Shown piece after piece: positions 49,064-58,892 of a stretch of DNA of 64,000 nucleotides (position 1 is the stretch's first letter; each line of letters starts with the position of its first letter). The stretch comes from an uncultured candidate division Zixibacteria bacterium (GTDB taxonomy: Bacteria > Zixibacteria > MSB-5A5 > UBA10806 > 4484-95). Position numbers and translations under genes: made by a program. The notes below the pieces were generated by a model that saw only the letters and a program-made list of their open reading frames with translations, had not been told where the DNA came from and did not search any database. The stretch is from the NCBI GenBank assembly GCA_963668625.2, contig CAXXKA010000008.1, positions 1,120,001 through 1,184,000 of the forward strand, written 5' to 3'.

Positions 49064-49708
49064 CTATTTTTCCATAGCTTTTTTTATAGTATCAATAACC
49101 ATTCTTTCGGGCGCGGCTCCCTCAATCGGGGTTTCATCATTAATGACAGTGCGCGGAACCCCCTGAACGCTGTACTTATTGGAAAGATGTGGAAACTCTA
49201 TCGCCTCGTATGCCTCCGCGGTAACCATCGGCGATTCATAAGCCATCTGAAATGCCATTCTGACAGTTGGCGCGCAGTACGGGCAGGTCGGGGTAACGAA
49301 TACTTTCAGGTTAACAGGCTCTTTCAAGTCTTTGAGGAAATCTTTAGTATCTTGAGATAAACCGGAGTCTCCCGAGGATATCATCTTGATAGTCTCCAGG
49401 ATCGTGGCGAACTCGTATCCCGAGGGTATGCCGTAGAATTTTATTCCCCTGTCGTTATCGCCCATCAGTATAGTCGAGGGAATGTGCTCCACATTATACT
49501 TTTTGACAATCTCTTTATCGTTGACGAAATCATAAACCTCAGACTCGACCTTGTCCGATAATTGCCCCAATTCCTTTACCAGCTCACTGGTTTCCTTGCA
49601 GAACTGACACTCCATTTCCTGAGAAAAATTAATCATTTTAACCGGCTGATTTAGCCCCTCGAGTTGCTTGGTGATGACCGCTCTGTCGCTATCCTGAATT
49701 ATTGACAT
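49064..49708 (-). CDS. Protein disulfide oxidoreductase (two thioredoxin units, AhpF-N-like)
   Basis: CQFC and CPYC sites, GIPSGYEF and VQGVP. Confidence 0.9.
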   Translation of the reverse strand: MSIIQDSDRAVITKQLEGLNQPVKMINFSQEMECQFCKETSELVKELGQLSDKVESEVYDFVNDKEIVKKYNVEHIPSTILMGDNDRGIKFYGIPSGYEFATILETIKMISSGDSGLSQDTKDFLKDLKEPVNLKVFVTPTCPYCAPTVRMAFQMAYESPMVTAEAYEAIEFPHLSNKYSVQGVPRTVINDETPIEGAAPERMVIDTIKKAMEK

Positions 49709-49843
49709 TTCTCCTCCTTCATTACTCAGATTTGATAAAAATATAACTACATGGAGGACATCATAGTTTCTTTTGGGATAATTTTAGTGATTATTGGTAA
49801 AATATACTTGTTTATAAGGGGATCAGGTTGTTATAATCATCAT

Positions 49844-50647
49844 ATGGAAACAAAAGAGAAAAATAAAATCAGGAAATTATATTTTGATGTCAAGCCTATT
49901 CAGGATGAATTTCCGATTACGCGCAAAGATTTGACAATTGCGTTACGCTACGAAAATGTAACGAACTCCAGTATCATGGAATACGACTTTATCGATCCGA
50001 TCTTTATCCAGACCATGCTTTACCGGGGTAACATCAAGGTCAAAGAACATTTTTCCCTGGTTTACAGGAAAATCGCCCGCGAGGTGATCGGCCTGGATCT
50101 GATGCTTCGCCACCTCGAGAAAATCGCTCCCAAGAAATCCGATCTCTCGGTATCTCTGATTCTCAAACTTCACAGCCTGATTTTCGACAGCAGTTGGCCC
50201 GATATAGCAGGCAAATTCCGTGATTGTGATGTTCGTATACGCGGTATAAAAGCCCGCCCGCCACACCCGTCACAAGTATCATCTCTCACTTATCAGCATC
50301 TTGGCTGGGTAGATGGTTTAATGAAACTGCTGGGGCCGGTAACAGAAAGCAATTTCTTCGAGATTTTTCATGTTTCAGCGGATATTCATTACCGCTTGAT
50401 AGAGACCTATCCATTCCGTTCGGGCAACTGGCGTATAGCCCGAGCTCTGTCGAATTATGTATTCCAAAACTGTGGCATGTTCCCCAATGTAATCGATTTC
50501 GACAAACGCGCCGACTACCTCGAGGCTGTCGGCAACTCGACCCTTACTGCTTTAGAACCGCTGGTAGAATTCTTGCTGGCTAACTATTATGAGACTATTA
50601 TTAAAGTTAAGGGATTTCTCGAACTGATTAAAAACGAGGCAGAATAG
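49844..50647 (+). CDS. Fic/Doc-family protein with a degenerate active site
   Basis: LHSLIF...AGKFR...V-I; YPFRSGNWRIAR in place of HPFxxGNGRxxR. Confidence 0.75.
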   Translation: METKEKNKIRKLYFDVKPIQDEFPITRKDLTIALRYENVTNSSIMEYDFIDPIFIQTMLYRGNIKVKEHFSLVYRKIAREVIGLDLMLRHLEKIAPKKSDLSVSLILKLHSLIFDSSWPDIAGKFRDCDVRIRGIKARPPHPSQVSSLTYQHLGWVDGLMKLLGPVTESNFFEIFHVSADIHYRLIETYPFRSGNWRIARALSNYVFQNCGMFPNVIDFDKRADYLEAVGNSTLTALEPLVEFLLANYYETIIKVKGFLELIKNEAE

Positions 50648-50705
50648 CCCGGTAGCGCTCCAACCTGTTAAACATGAACCATTAACTTTTAAATATATTG
50701 AATTA

Positions 50706-50732
50706 TCAATTGCTTGGTATTTATGCCGATAG
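50706..50732 (+). promoter_or_regulatory. Sigma28-like promoter
   Basis: TCAA-N15-GCCGATAG, 30 nt before the next start codon. Confidence 0.5.
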
Positions 50733-50762
50733 TCAAGTATGTAATAACTCAAGCTGGAGTCA

Positions 50763-51845
50763 GTGATGTTGATTGAATCGCGCAAAGCGAAATATATAAC
50801 CGTTGATGGTCGGGAGCTTATCATTTTCTCGTCCAACGACTATTTCGGTTTCTCGTATCACCCTGATGTTATCAAGGCCGCATTGTTGGCGATGGAAAAA
50901 TATGGCTGCGGAACCGGCGGAGCTCCGGGGACATCAGGAACAACGGATATCCATATAAAACTGGCCAAATCGATTGCCGAGTTCAAGCATCGACCTTACG
51001 CAGTGCTGTTTCCCTCCGGGTATTCCGCCAATGTGGGTCTTCACCAGAGCCTGGCCTACGAAAACACTATTATATTCAGTGATCAACGTAATCACCCCTC
51101 GGCCGGTGATGGCATCAAGCTTTCAAGCTGTGATAAAAAAGTCTATAAGCATCGCGACTACGATAATCTCGAGGAGTTGTTGAGTAATGATAAACATCAG
51201 AGGAGAATCGTTACCACCTGCTCGGTATTTACCATAGATGGCGCGGTTACTGATTTAAAACGTCTGGTCGAGTTGAAAGAAAAATACGGCTTCCTGCTTA
51301 TTCTGGATGAAGCCCATGCCACCGGCTGTATCGGAGAAACCGGCAGGGGTCTGGAAGAGGTGTATCACCTCGAGGGCAAAGCGGATTTTATCATGGGGAC
51401 TTTTTCCAAAGCCTTCGGTTCTCAGGGCGGGTTTATCGCCTATTCGGATGAGTCATCCAAGTACCTGAAAAAACCTCTTCGACCGATGAGCTATTCCACC
51501 TCGATTGCCACACCCTCGGCGGCCGCCTCGCTGGAGGCGATAAAAATTCTTCGCTCCAATCCGGACATGGTTGCTAAAATGCGAGAAAATATTACCAGGA
51601 TTCATACTAAACTTCAAAAGGATGGTTTAAGCTTAAACGAGCCGGGCCGTCATATCGTAAATATCTATTACGAGAGCGAGCAGAAAACCAGTTCCATCGT
51701 AGATAAGCTGAAACAAAATGGATTTTTCGTAGTACCAATAAACATCGATGACAGATCGGGGTTAAGGATAACGGCGATGTCAGTCCATACTAACCACGAG
51801 ATAGATGGTTTTTGTAAGATACTTAAAGAATTGGAAACAAAATAA
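50763..51845 (+). CDS. Alpha-oxoamine synthase (BioF/Kbl-like PLP enzyme)
   Basis: FSSNDYFG, SGYSAN, NHPS, DEAHATG and GTFSKAFG. Confidence 0.85.
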   Translation: MMLIESRKAKYITVDGRELIIFSSNDYFGFSYHPDVIKAALLAMEKYGCGTGGAPGTSGTTDIHIKLAKSIAEFKHRPYAVLFPSGYSANVGLHQSLAYENTIIFSDQRNHPSAGDGIKLSSCDKKVYKHRDYDNLEELLSNDKHQRRIVTTCSVFTIDGAVTDLKRLVELKEKYGFLLILDEAHATGCIGETGRGLEEVYHLEGKADFIMGTFSKAFGSQGGFIAYSDESSKYLKKPLRPMSYSTSIATPSAAASLEAIKILRSNPDMVAKMRENITRIHTKLQKDGLSLNEPGRHIVNIYYESEQKTSSIVDKLKQNGFFVVPINIDDRSGLRITAMSVHTNHEIDGFCKILKELETK

Positions 51846-51866
51846 GAACTAAATGGATTTTTAACA

Positions 51867-51893
51867 TTAAGGAGTTAGTCTAAATTCCGATAG
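51867..51893 (+). promoter_or_regulatory. Sigma28-like promoter with no ORF before the next terminator
   Basis: TTAA-N15-TCCGATAG. Confidence 0.4.
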
Positions 51894-51930
51894 ATGTTAA
51901 TGAGGGATATACGCTGCAACGGCGTTTATG

Positions 51931-51957
51931 GGCGACGGGTCACCGTCGCTTTTTTTT
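51931..51957 (+). terminator. Intrinsic terminator
   Basis: GGCGACGG-gtca-CCGTCGC followed by T8. Confidence 0.85.
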
Positions 51958-52000
51958 ATGCCCTTGATTCCTATCGCTAATAATTATATTATTAATCACT

Positions 52001-52567
52001 ATGGCAATGATCAGGACATTCATAGCGGTGGAGATCCCGCAGGAGCTTAAACAGGAGGTCGACAGACTGATAGTTAAGCTAAAATCGGACGCCCCGGAAA
52101 TCCGCTGGGTACGCGCCGCTAACCTTCATTTTACCCTGCGCTTTCTCGGCGATGTCGAGGAAAGCGATATTCCCGGTTTAACCGAGCTGGTAAATAAGCA
52201 CACCGAAAATCAAACCGCTTTCAAGATTCGCCTTTCCGGGTTGGGATGTTTCCCGAATATGAAACGTCCGAGAGTGGTCTGGCTGGGTGCGGATGGGGAA
52301 ACAGATAATTTCAAGCAAACCGCTTATAAGGTTGAATCAGCATGCCGGGAGGCCGGTTTCGGCAAGGGTGATAAACCGTTCTCACCCCATCTGACTATCG
52401 GCCGAATTAAAAATTCGCGGGGGTTGGAGGATTTCATCAAGACACTACCGGATGTTAAATTCACCTCCGAGGAATTCGAGGTTGATCACCTGGTAGTATT
52501 CCGCTCCGATCTATCCCCCCGTGGTCCAAGGTACACATCATTGGCCAGGGTATACCTGGCGAAATAA
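52001..52567 (+). CDS. thpR: RNA 2',3'-cyclic phosphodiesterase
   Basis: RTFIAV and two HxT motifs (HFTL, HLTI). Confidence 0.92.
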   Translation: MAMIRTFIAVEIPQELKQEVDRLIVKLKSDAPEIRWVRAANLHFTLRFLGDVEESDIPGLTELVNKHTENQTAFKIRLSGLGCFPNMKRPRVVWLGADGETDNFKQTAYKVESACREAGFGKGDKPFSPHLTIGRIKNSRGLEDFIKTLPDVKFTSEEFEVDHLVVFRSDLSPRGPRYTSLARVYLAK

Positions 52568-52760
52568 ACTACCACCGACCGCAGTACCGGCGGCTTTTTT
52601 ACTGCCAATTTAAGCCAGTTGTAACTTGTTACAAAGCCCCGACTTTGAAACTCACCATATTTGAAAAACTTCGTATTGATATTTAACTAACAGTAAAACC
52701 AAAATCGAAATAAAGTTTCTCGAATACATCTGTTTCCAAATCGGAGTTTTTAGTGCCAAT

Positions 52761-52790
52761 AAAAAAAGGCGCCCACATGAGCGCCTCTTT
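52761..52790 (-). terminator. Terminator of the LVIVD gene
   Basis: A7-GGCGC-N8-GCGCC. Confidence 0.6.
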
Positions 52791-52834
52791 GTTTTATCTA
52801 TCCGGCGAGAAGATGTCTCGCTGATAAGAAAATT

Positions 52835-54955
52835 CTATTTCAATAATGTCATCTTACCGGTCTCGTTGTATTCTTCTGCCGCTATTCTGTAGAAATACAT
52901 GCCCGAACTGAGTCCGGCAGCATTCCAGTTAATATTCTGAGGACCGCTTCCCAGATAACCGTTAAACGCGGTCGTGACTTTTCTACCGGTGATATCATAA
53001 ATATTAACCTGGACATTTCCGGATTGGGTGAGATTGAACGATATCTCGGTGGAGCTGTTGAATGGATTAGGGTAGTTCTGTGAAAGCGCATACGATCCGG
53101 GTACCGTTTCGAATCTCTCCTCGATTCCGGTTTCGCTGAAACTCAATACAATCATCGAATTGTAATCTGATACGTACACGTAATCATTCAATACGAACAC
53201 GCGCATAGCCCGTCCCGGCGTATTATAGTGAGCCACCAGAGTCGGTGAGGCCTGGTTGCTGATATCGATCGCCAACACACCATTCTCATCATCCGCTACG
53301 AACGCATAGTTACCGGAGATCTTGACATCCCTGGCATAACCGTCGGTGTCATAAGTCGAGATCAGCGCGGGACTGGCAGGATTGTTAACGCTGATTATTT
53401 TCAATCCTTCGGTATAGTCTGCCACATATGCGAACAATCCTGATTTATCAACACCATTAGCCTGATAGGTATCATAGTAACCACTTTCAGTCGGACTGGC
53501 GGGTGTTGAAACATTAATCACTCGTAATCCGGCGCCATAGTTCGCTATATAGGCGTAACTGCCATCGACTACTATATCGTATACGGCATCGGATGAGGTA
53601 TAAGAACCAACCGGTGACGGACTGGCCGGCGTGGTCACATCGTAAATCATCATACCCGGACCGGCATAGCCCGTGTAAGCGTAGTTGCCGTCAACATAAA
53701 TACAATAAGCGGTTCCTGTAGTATCCACAGCTCCCAGACGTGTCATACTAGCCGGGTTAGTTACGTTAACCGTTATTAAGGTGGTATCATCGTTGGCGAT
53801 AAATGCTGTATTGCTTGCAACACATACTCTTTTGGATGGCTCATCAGTAGCATGATTGCCATCAACTACAGGCGCCGATTTATCGGTGACATCCACCGCA
53901 TGCAAACCATCGGAGTGTGATGCCACATAGGCTTCGTTTCCTACAACATATGTATCGTTGATACGAGAATTGTTATCGATTCGGTATTCGCCGATCTCTA
54001 CCGGTGAACTTGGCGTCGTAACCTGCACTATCTCCATACCGACATAGTAGTCGGCCAGGTAGCAATAGTTGGCGCCATCGTAAAAACAGCTTTGAAGATT
54101 GGTCATAGCTGAACTATTGGCAGCGATAAACGGGCTGGCAGGATTAGTTACGTTAACCACCCTGAAATAATAAGCATCCGAAATAAACGCGTAATTTCCA
54201 GAGGCTTTGATATCCCTTGTCCAGCCGCCGGTATCCAAACTACCTACTACCGCCGGTGATGCCGGCGTGGAGATATCGGCAATGATTAAACTCATACTGA
54301 ATGAGGTGGTTCCAAGATATGCGTAGTTGCCGTCGATTGCCACGGTTTGGCAACCGTGTGGAACCGTGAAATCGGCAACACTTGTCGGGCTTCCCGGCGT
54401 GGTCACATCCACTATATGAAGATCGCCCCCTGTATCAGTCAGGTAAACATAATTGCCATCAATGGTGATATCATCCGCCCAGGTTATATTCGTAGTAAAC
54501 GAACCGGCTAGCGTAGGATTAGTTATCGTGGTAATATCAACAATCTGCAAACCGGCATTTCCACACGCCACATAAGCATAGTTTCCCGAAACCACGACAT
54601 CCTGGGCGCTACCGTCAAGATCAATCGAACCGGCCAGTGATGGGGTGGACGGGTTGGCGATAATGAATAAACCATCCTCAGCCGCAGTGTAATAACACCT
54701 GCTCGAACCGGCGGCTATTCCCGTACCGGTTACACCAAGGTATAATTGGGATGTCATGGATGGATTAGCGCGGTTGTTAATATCGTAAATCATAACACCA
54801 TCGATAAAAGCGCAGTAGGCGTAGCTGCCGTCAACCTCAACATCCGAGGCGCCATTCCACAGGGTCGAGCCGGTGTAATTTAATGCCGCTCCATAAATTG
54901 ATCCTGAAAATAATAAAATGGAACACACAAGTGTAACAAACACTTTACCCCTCAT
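52835..54955 (-). CDS. Secreted LVIVD-repeat beta-propeller protein with T9SS-A/FlgD-like C-terminal domain
   Basis: Signal peptide, about 14 repeats of V-V-GNYAYVA...GL-IVDV-P-SP, and QNYPNPFN...YDITGRKV...SGMYFY tail. Confidence 0.85.
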   Translation of the reverse strand: MRGKVFVTLVCSILLFSGSIYGAALNYTGSTLWNGASDVEVDGSYAYCAFIDGVMIYDINNRANPSMTSQLYLGVTGTGIAAGSSRCYYTAAEDGLFIIANPSTPSLAGSIDLDGSAQDVVVSGNYAYVACGNAGLQIVDITTITNPTLAGSFTTNITWADDITIDGNYVYLTDTGGDLHIVDVTTPGSPTSVADFTVPHGCQTVAIDGNYAYLGTTSFSMSLIIADISTPASPAVVGSLDTGGWTRDIKASGNYAFISDAYYFRVVNVTNPASPFIAANSSAMTNLQSCFYDGANYCYLADYYVGMEIVQVTTPSSPVEIGEYRIDNNSRINDTYVVGNEAYVASHSDGLHAVDVTDKSAPVVDGNHATDEPSKRVCVASNTAFIANDDTTLITVNVTNPASMTRLGAVDTTGTAYCIYVDGNYAYTGYAGPGMMIYDVTTPASPSPVGSYTSSDAVYDIVVDGSYAYIANYGAGLRVINVSTPASPTESGYYDTYQANGVDKSGLFAYVADYTEGLKIISVNNPASPALISTYDTDGYARDVKISGNYAFVADDENGVLAIDISNQASPTLVAHYNTPGRAMRVFVLNDYVYVSDYNSMIVLSFSETGIEERFETVPGSYALSQNYPNPFNSSTEISFNLTQSGNVQVNIYDITGRKVTTAFNGYLGSGPQNINWNAAGLSSGMYFYRIAAEEYNETGKMTLLK

Positions 54956-54987
54956 TAGTCCTCCTTTTAAAAGATAATTTAATACTT

Positions 54988-55014
54988 TTATCGGAGAAAA
55001 AAGACGTCTATTAA
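54988..55014 (-). promoter_or_regulatory. Sigma28-like promoter
   Basis: TTAA-N15-TCCGATAA, 33 nt before the ATG. Confidence 0.5.
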
Positions 55015-55162
55015 TTGTATAGGATTGAATTAACGGGGTGTGTTTCAGTATTAGCTCCGGAATGTTACAATCGAGATAGCCGGGCTGATATTATTATGGG
55101 ATACAGGATTATAGAAAGATAAAACCGTATTAAGATCACAAATTGAACATAGATTCAGTTAA

Positions 55163-55855
55163 TTATGCTGACGCTCGCTCAGTCATCTCCACCAACCACT
55201 GATGTACTGGATTCATTGCTTTATATGCCTTAAACGCTAATTTAACCAGATCGGTCGAGTAAAACTCCGATGGGATTTTCAGCGTGTGGCTGGCGAACAG
55301 GCCGTTATATAGAAGATATTCGGCGTTTTTATGATTATTATCGTAGCTGGCCGGGATTTTTTTATAATGCTTGCCACCGACCTGGTAGCCGGCTTTCTCG
55401 ACTCTCTTTATGGCTTTAATCATCGCCGGGCCATGGGTTTCGTGCACTACCTGGTCGCGGAAAAATTTCTGACGGCTCGAATCGAATATATGTATGCCAC
55501 CGGCCAGCATCAGGTTGGGTGGTTCCATATGGAAATAAAAACCCGAGTAATCGAATCGCTTACCCTCACCCTGCCAGAACCAGATACCGAGGTTGGTCTT
55601 TAACGGCCGCTTGTCTTTAGAGAACCTGACATCCCGGAAGATTTTAAACAACGATTTGTTCACTCGCGGATCGGCGTGTATCCCTGGCGAGATTTTCTGT
55701 AAGTGATTCCCCATTTCGGATACGAAATCACGGGCAGGATTGAGCACGAAATTATCGTAATCATTGCGATGCTTATCGAACCAGGTTTTACTGTTGTTTT
55801 TCGCCAGCTCTTTATAGAATTTCACGCATTGTTTCGGGAAACCATCGAATGACAT
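55163..55855 (-). CDS. DUF2461-family protein
   Basis: FDGF...LAKNNSKTWF and FKIFRDVRFSKDKRP. Confidence 0.85.
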   Translation of the reverse strand: MSFDGFPKQCVKFYKELAKNNSKTWFDKHRNDYDNFVLNPARDFVSEMGNHLQKISPGIHADPRVNKSLFKIFRDVRFSKDKRPLKTNLGIWFWQGEGKRFDYSGFYFHMEPPNLMLAGGIHIFDSSRQKFFRDQVVHETHGPAMIKAIKRVEKAGYQVGGKHYKKIPASYDNNHKNAEYLLYNGLFASHTLKIPSEFYSTDLVKLAFKAYKAMNPVHQWLVEMTERASA

Positions 55856-55975
55856 GGGGGGCTCCTTTTTATTGCAAATGCTTTATTTCCGACAATAGAT
55901 GAGTTTAATAATACTATATATAACCACTTCAAAAATAACATTGTTTCAGGATAAGCTAAAGGTTTAGCTAAGAAA

Positions 55976-56473
55976 TTACTCCTTGAACGAAAACAGCAAC
56001 GGTTCTATATCGTAATATTCTCCATCACATTGGATGACATCCTCACCCATGAGTATAAGCTTATCACCTCGTTTGTAACGAAAATAATTACTGGAATAAC
56101 CGGGGTCTTTGTTGGGGTTGTAGACCTCAACCATGTGCCGGATTTTTAACTTGCCCGGTTTGGCAAGCGTTTTGATTTCATAATTATTTACACGATTAAA
56201 TACGCGGCGGTTATTATGCATTACGATAAGTTTATTCTGATCGAATTTGAGTGGCCTGACTGAACGAGTATTGAAATGAAAGGAAAGATATTTGCCGAAT
56301 TCTATATCGGCTTTTATCTCAACAGTGAATTTATCATAGCATAATTCTTTTTTGTGAGGTTTAACACCATCAACATATAATTTTGACGGACGAGGTTCAG
56401 GCACGCAGACACTGGATGATAACACGCAGATAGTGATTATGTTCAAGAAACCGAATGCTAGTAATTTATTCAT
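55976..56473 (-). CDS. Hypothetical exported protein
   Basis: Hydrophobic N-terminus; lower GC than its neighbours; no recognised motif. Confidence 0.55.
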   Translation of the reverse strand: MNKLLAFGFLNIITICVLSSSVCVPEPRPSKLYVDGVKPHKKELCYDKFTVEIKADIEFGKYLSFHFNTRSVRPLKFDQNKLIVMHNNRRVFNRVNNYEIKTLAKPGKLKIRHMVEVYNPNKDPGYSSNYFRYKRGDKLILMGEDVIQCDGEYYDIEPLLFSFKE

Positions 56474-56551
56474 AATAAGAAATGGTAAATTGTTTCACTG
56501 TTGCCGGGCACGAGACCACCCGGCAACACAGTATATACTTAAATCAGAAAA

Positions 56552-57634
56552 TTACTTTTTAGTTTTCGCTTTTTCCTCGGCCTTCTCGGTTTCGCTTTTG
56601 TTGTCCGCTTTCTCCTCGGGTTTATTGCCGTTGGAAGGCAGGTCGTACTTGGCGCGTACTTTAGTTTCTATATCATGCGCCAGATGCATATTTTCGAGCA
56701 GGTAGTTTTTCGAGTTCTCTCGTCCCTGTCCCAGGCGATCATCGCCATAAGAGAACCAGGTGCCGGATTTATCCACGACCTCCATTTTCACGCCCAGATC
56801 GAGCACCTCGCCCATGTGCGATATGCCGGTGCCGTAAACGATATCAAATTCGGCCTCCTTGAACGGTGGAGCGACCTTGTTTTTGACCACCCGAACACGA
56901 GTGCGCGAGCCGGTGACCTCCTGCCCATCCTTGAGCGTGGCAATCTTCCTGATATCCAGCCTGACCGAGCTGTAAAATTTGAGCGCGTTACCGCCGGTGG
57001 TGGTTTCCGGGTTACCGAACATCACACCGATTTTCATACGAATCTGATTGATAAACACCAAACAGGTTTTTGATTTCGAAACCGTGCCCGCCAGCTTCCG
57101 CATAGCCTGAGACATTAGCCGCGCCTGCAAGCCCATCTGGGCATCGCCCATCTCGCCCTCGATCTCCGCCCGAGGAACCAGCGCCGCCACCGAGTCAACC
57201 ACTATAATATCGATAGCATTGGAGCGTACCAGTGTCTCGGTGATCTCCAGCGCTTGCTCGCCGGTATCAGGCTGTGATATCAGCAGGTTATCGATATCCA
57301 CGCCCAGTTTCTTGGCATAACCGGCATCCAGGGCATGCTCGGCATCGATAAAGGCTGCTACGCCGCCGGCTTTCTGCGCCTCGGCGATAGCATGGAGAGC
57401 TAACGTTGTTTTGCCCGAGGATTCCGGGCCGAATATCTCGATAACCCTGCCCCTGGGAATTCCGCCGATACCCAGGGCGATATCCAACCCCAGAGAGCCT
57501 GTTGAGATCGTGGCAATCCTGGCAACCTGTGCGCCGTCTCCCAGACGCATGATAGAGCCTTTGCCAAACTGGCGCTCTATCTGAACCAGCGCGCTATCAA
57601 TCGATTTCTTTTTATTCGCGTCAATATCTGCCAT
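56552..57634 (-). CDS. recA: Recombinase A
   Basis: [27 protein letters not shown] and [16 protein letters not shown]. Confidence 0.99.
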   Translation of the reverse strand: MADIDANKKKSIDSALVQIERQFGKGSIMRLGDGAQVARIATISTGSLGLDIALGIGGIPRGRVIEIFGPESSGKTTLALHAIAEAQKAGGVAAFIDAEHALDAGYAKKLGVDIDNLLISQPDTGEQALEITETLVRSNAIDIIVVDSVAALVPRAEIEGEMGDAQMGLQARLMSQAMRKLAGTVSKSKTCLVFINQIRMKIGVMFGNPETTTGGNALKFYSSVRLDIRKIATLKDGQEVTGSRTRVRVVKNKVAPPFKEAEFDIVYGTGISHMGEVLDLGVKMEVVDKSGTWFSYGDDRLGQGRENSKNYLLENMHLAHDIETKVRAKYDLPSNGNKPEEKADNKSETEKAEEKAKTKK

Positions 57635-57675
57635 ATTTATCTCCTTAAGCTTAAATTATTTCCGATCACATGTAA

Positions 57676-57704
57676 AAATATAAAACATATGTTCAGTATT
57701 TGCA
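57676..57704 (-). promoter_or_regulatory. recA promoter containing a GAAC-N4-GTTT LexA-type box
   Basis: Minus strand TTGCAA-atactGAACatatGTTT-TATATT (17-nt spacer); box at 57683-57694. Confidence 0.7.
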
Positions 57705-57992
57705 AGTTTTATTTAAGTATGACCTCCTCCCGGCAGCTAAAAATAATCCTTTATTGATAAATGAGTTATGTTCATTTCGCCGGGATAAACCGATATTCCC
57801 CTAAACTAATTTGCCGTGTAGGCAATCAGGTATACATTACTATAATATAATCATATATTCATTTAGCGCAAATGCTTTTTGACATTCCCATAAAATGATA
57901 ATACAATTCAAATTACGGAACGTTTTAACTTGCATTTAAGTCATTAATACTTAAATGGTCAATAAATCTGCCAATATTGGAAAGGATTTCCT

Positions 57993-58739
57993 ATGGATAT
58001 CAAAAGACGCGAGCTACTAAAAGCTGCCGGAGGCGCGGTAATGGCCTCCAGCATGATCGGATCATCGCTGGCATTTGCCGGAATAAGCGAGAAAGACAGA
58101 CAGGCAACCACGAATACGGGCTCGGCTATGGGCATAAAAGTACATACCTTACCCGCCTTATCCTACGATTATAACGCCCTTGAACCATATATAGATGCTC
58201 AGACGATGGCCCTTCATCATGATAAACATCACGCCGGCTATGTAAAAGGCTTGAACAACGCCGAGGCCAAACTGGCTTCAGCCCGCGAGGTTGGCGACTA
58301 CAGCTTAATCCAACACTGGTCCCGTCAAGCAGCGTTTCACGGGGGCGGTCATTTCATGCATTCGCTTTTCTGGAAAACCATGGCGCCGCATGGCACGACA
58401 GGCGTAGGCGAGCCGTATGGCCATACCGAGAGGTTAATTAACGAGAATTTCGGCGGATTCGATAAATTTAAAGCTCATTTTTCGGCGGCCGCCAAAGCTG
58501 TTGAGGGATCCGGCTGGGGCATACTGGCCTACCGTCCACAGGATGACAAATTGGTAGTGCTGCAGGTGGAAAATCATCACAAGCTCTCGCAGATGTTCGT
58601 ACTCCCGATATTGTGCATCGATGTTTGGGAGCACGCTTATTACCTGAAATACCAGAACAAGCGCGGCGACTATATCGATGCCTGGTGGAACGTGGTTAAC
58701 TGGCCGGAGGTAGAGGCAAATCTTAAAGCGGCGATGTAG
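57993..58739 (+). CDS. sod: Fe/Mn superoxide dismutase with twin-arginine signal
   Basis: KRRELLK signal; LEPYID, HHDKHH and DVWEHAYY. Confidence 0.92.
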   Translation: MDIKRRELLKAAGGAVMASSMIGSSLAFAGISEKDRQATTNTGSAMGIKVHTLPALSYDYNALEPYIDAQTMALHHDKHHAGYVKGLNNAEAKLASAREVGDYSLIQHWSRQAAFHGGGHFMHSLFWKTMAPHGTTGVGEPYGHTERLINENFGGFDKFKAHFSAAAKAVEGSGWGILAYRPQDDKLVVLQVENHHKLSQMFVLPILCIDVWEHAYYLKYQNKRGDYIDAWWNVVNWPEVEANLKAAM

Positions 58740-58892
58740 AGGTTATTATTTGAGTATTCACGGAATACGGGTATCTTGCCACTGTGGAGGATATCTCTGA
58801 TAAATCACGACAATATCGTTTGCTTTCAATCAGCGCTGTTGCCCCGGCAAGATGCTGATGTTATGGAATCTTATTGCGTTTGAATCATTCTG

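Noticed and set aside
52619-52634. Palindrome TTGTAAC-TT-GTTACAA
   Set aside because: It lies between convergent gene ends with no promoter to control, is AT-rich, and is a single copy.
52001-57634. thpR and recA near each other but inverted, suggesting a mobile insertion
   Set aside because: No integrase, transposase or flanking repeats are visible, so it is at most an old rearrangement.
57830-57915. Fur/PerR-like boxes upstream of sod
   Set aside because: Only partial matches in very AT-rich DNA, indistinguishable from chance.
58771-58856. Inverted repeat (ATCTTGCC / GGCAAGAT) downstream of sod
   Set aside because: It is short, has no second copy or target duplication, and resembles no RNA family I recognise.
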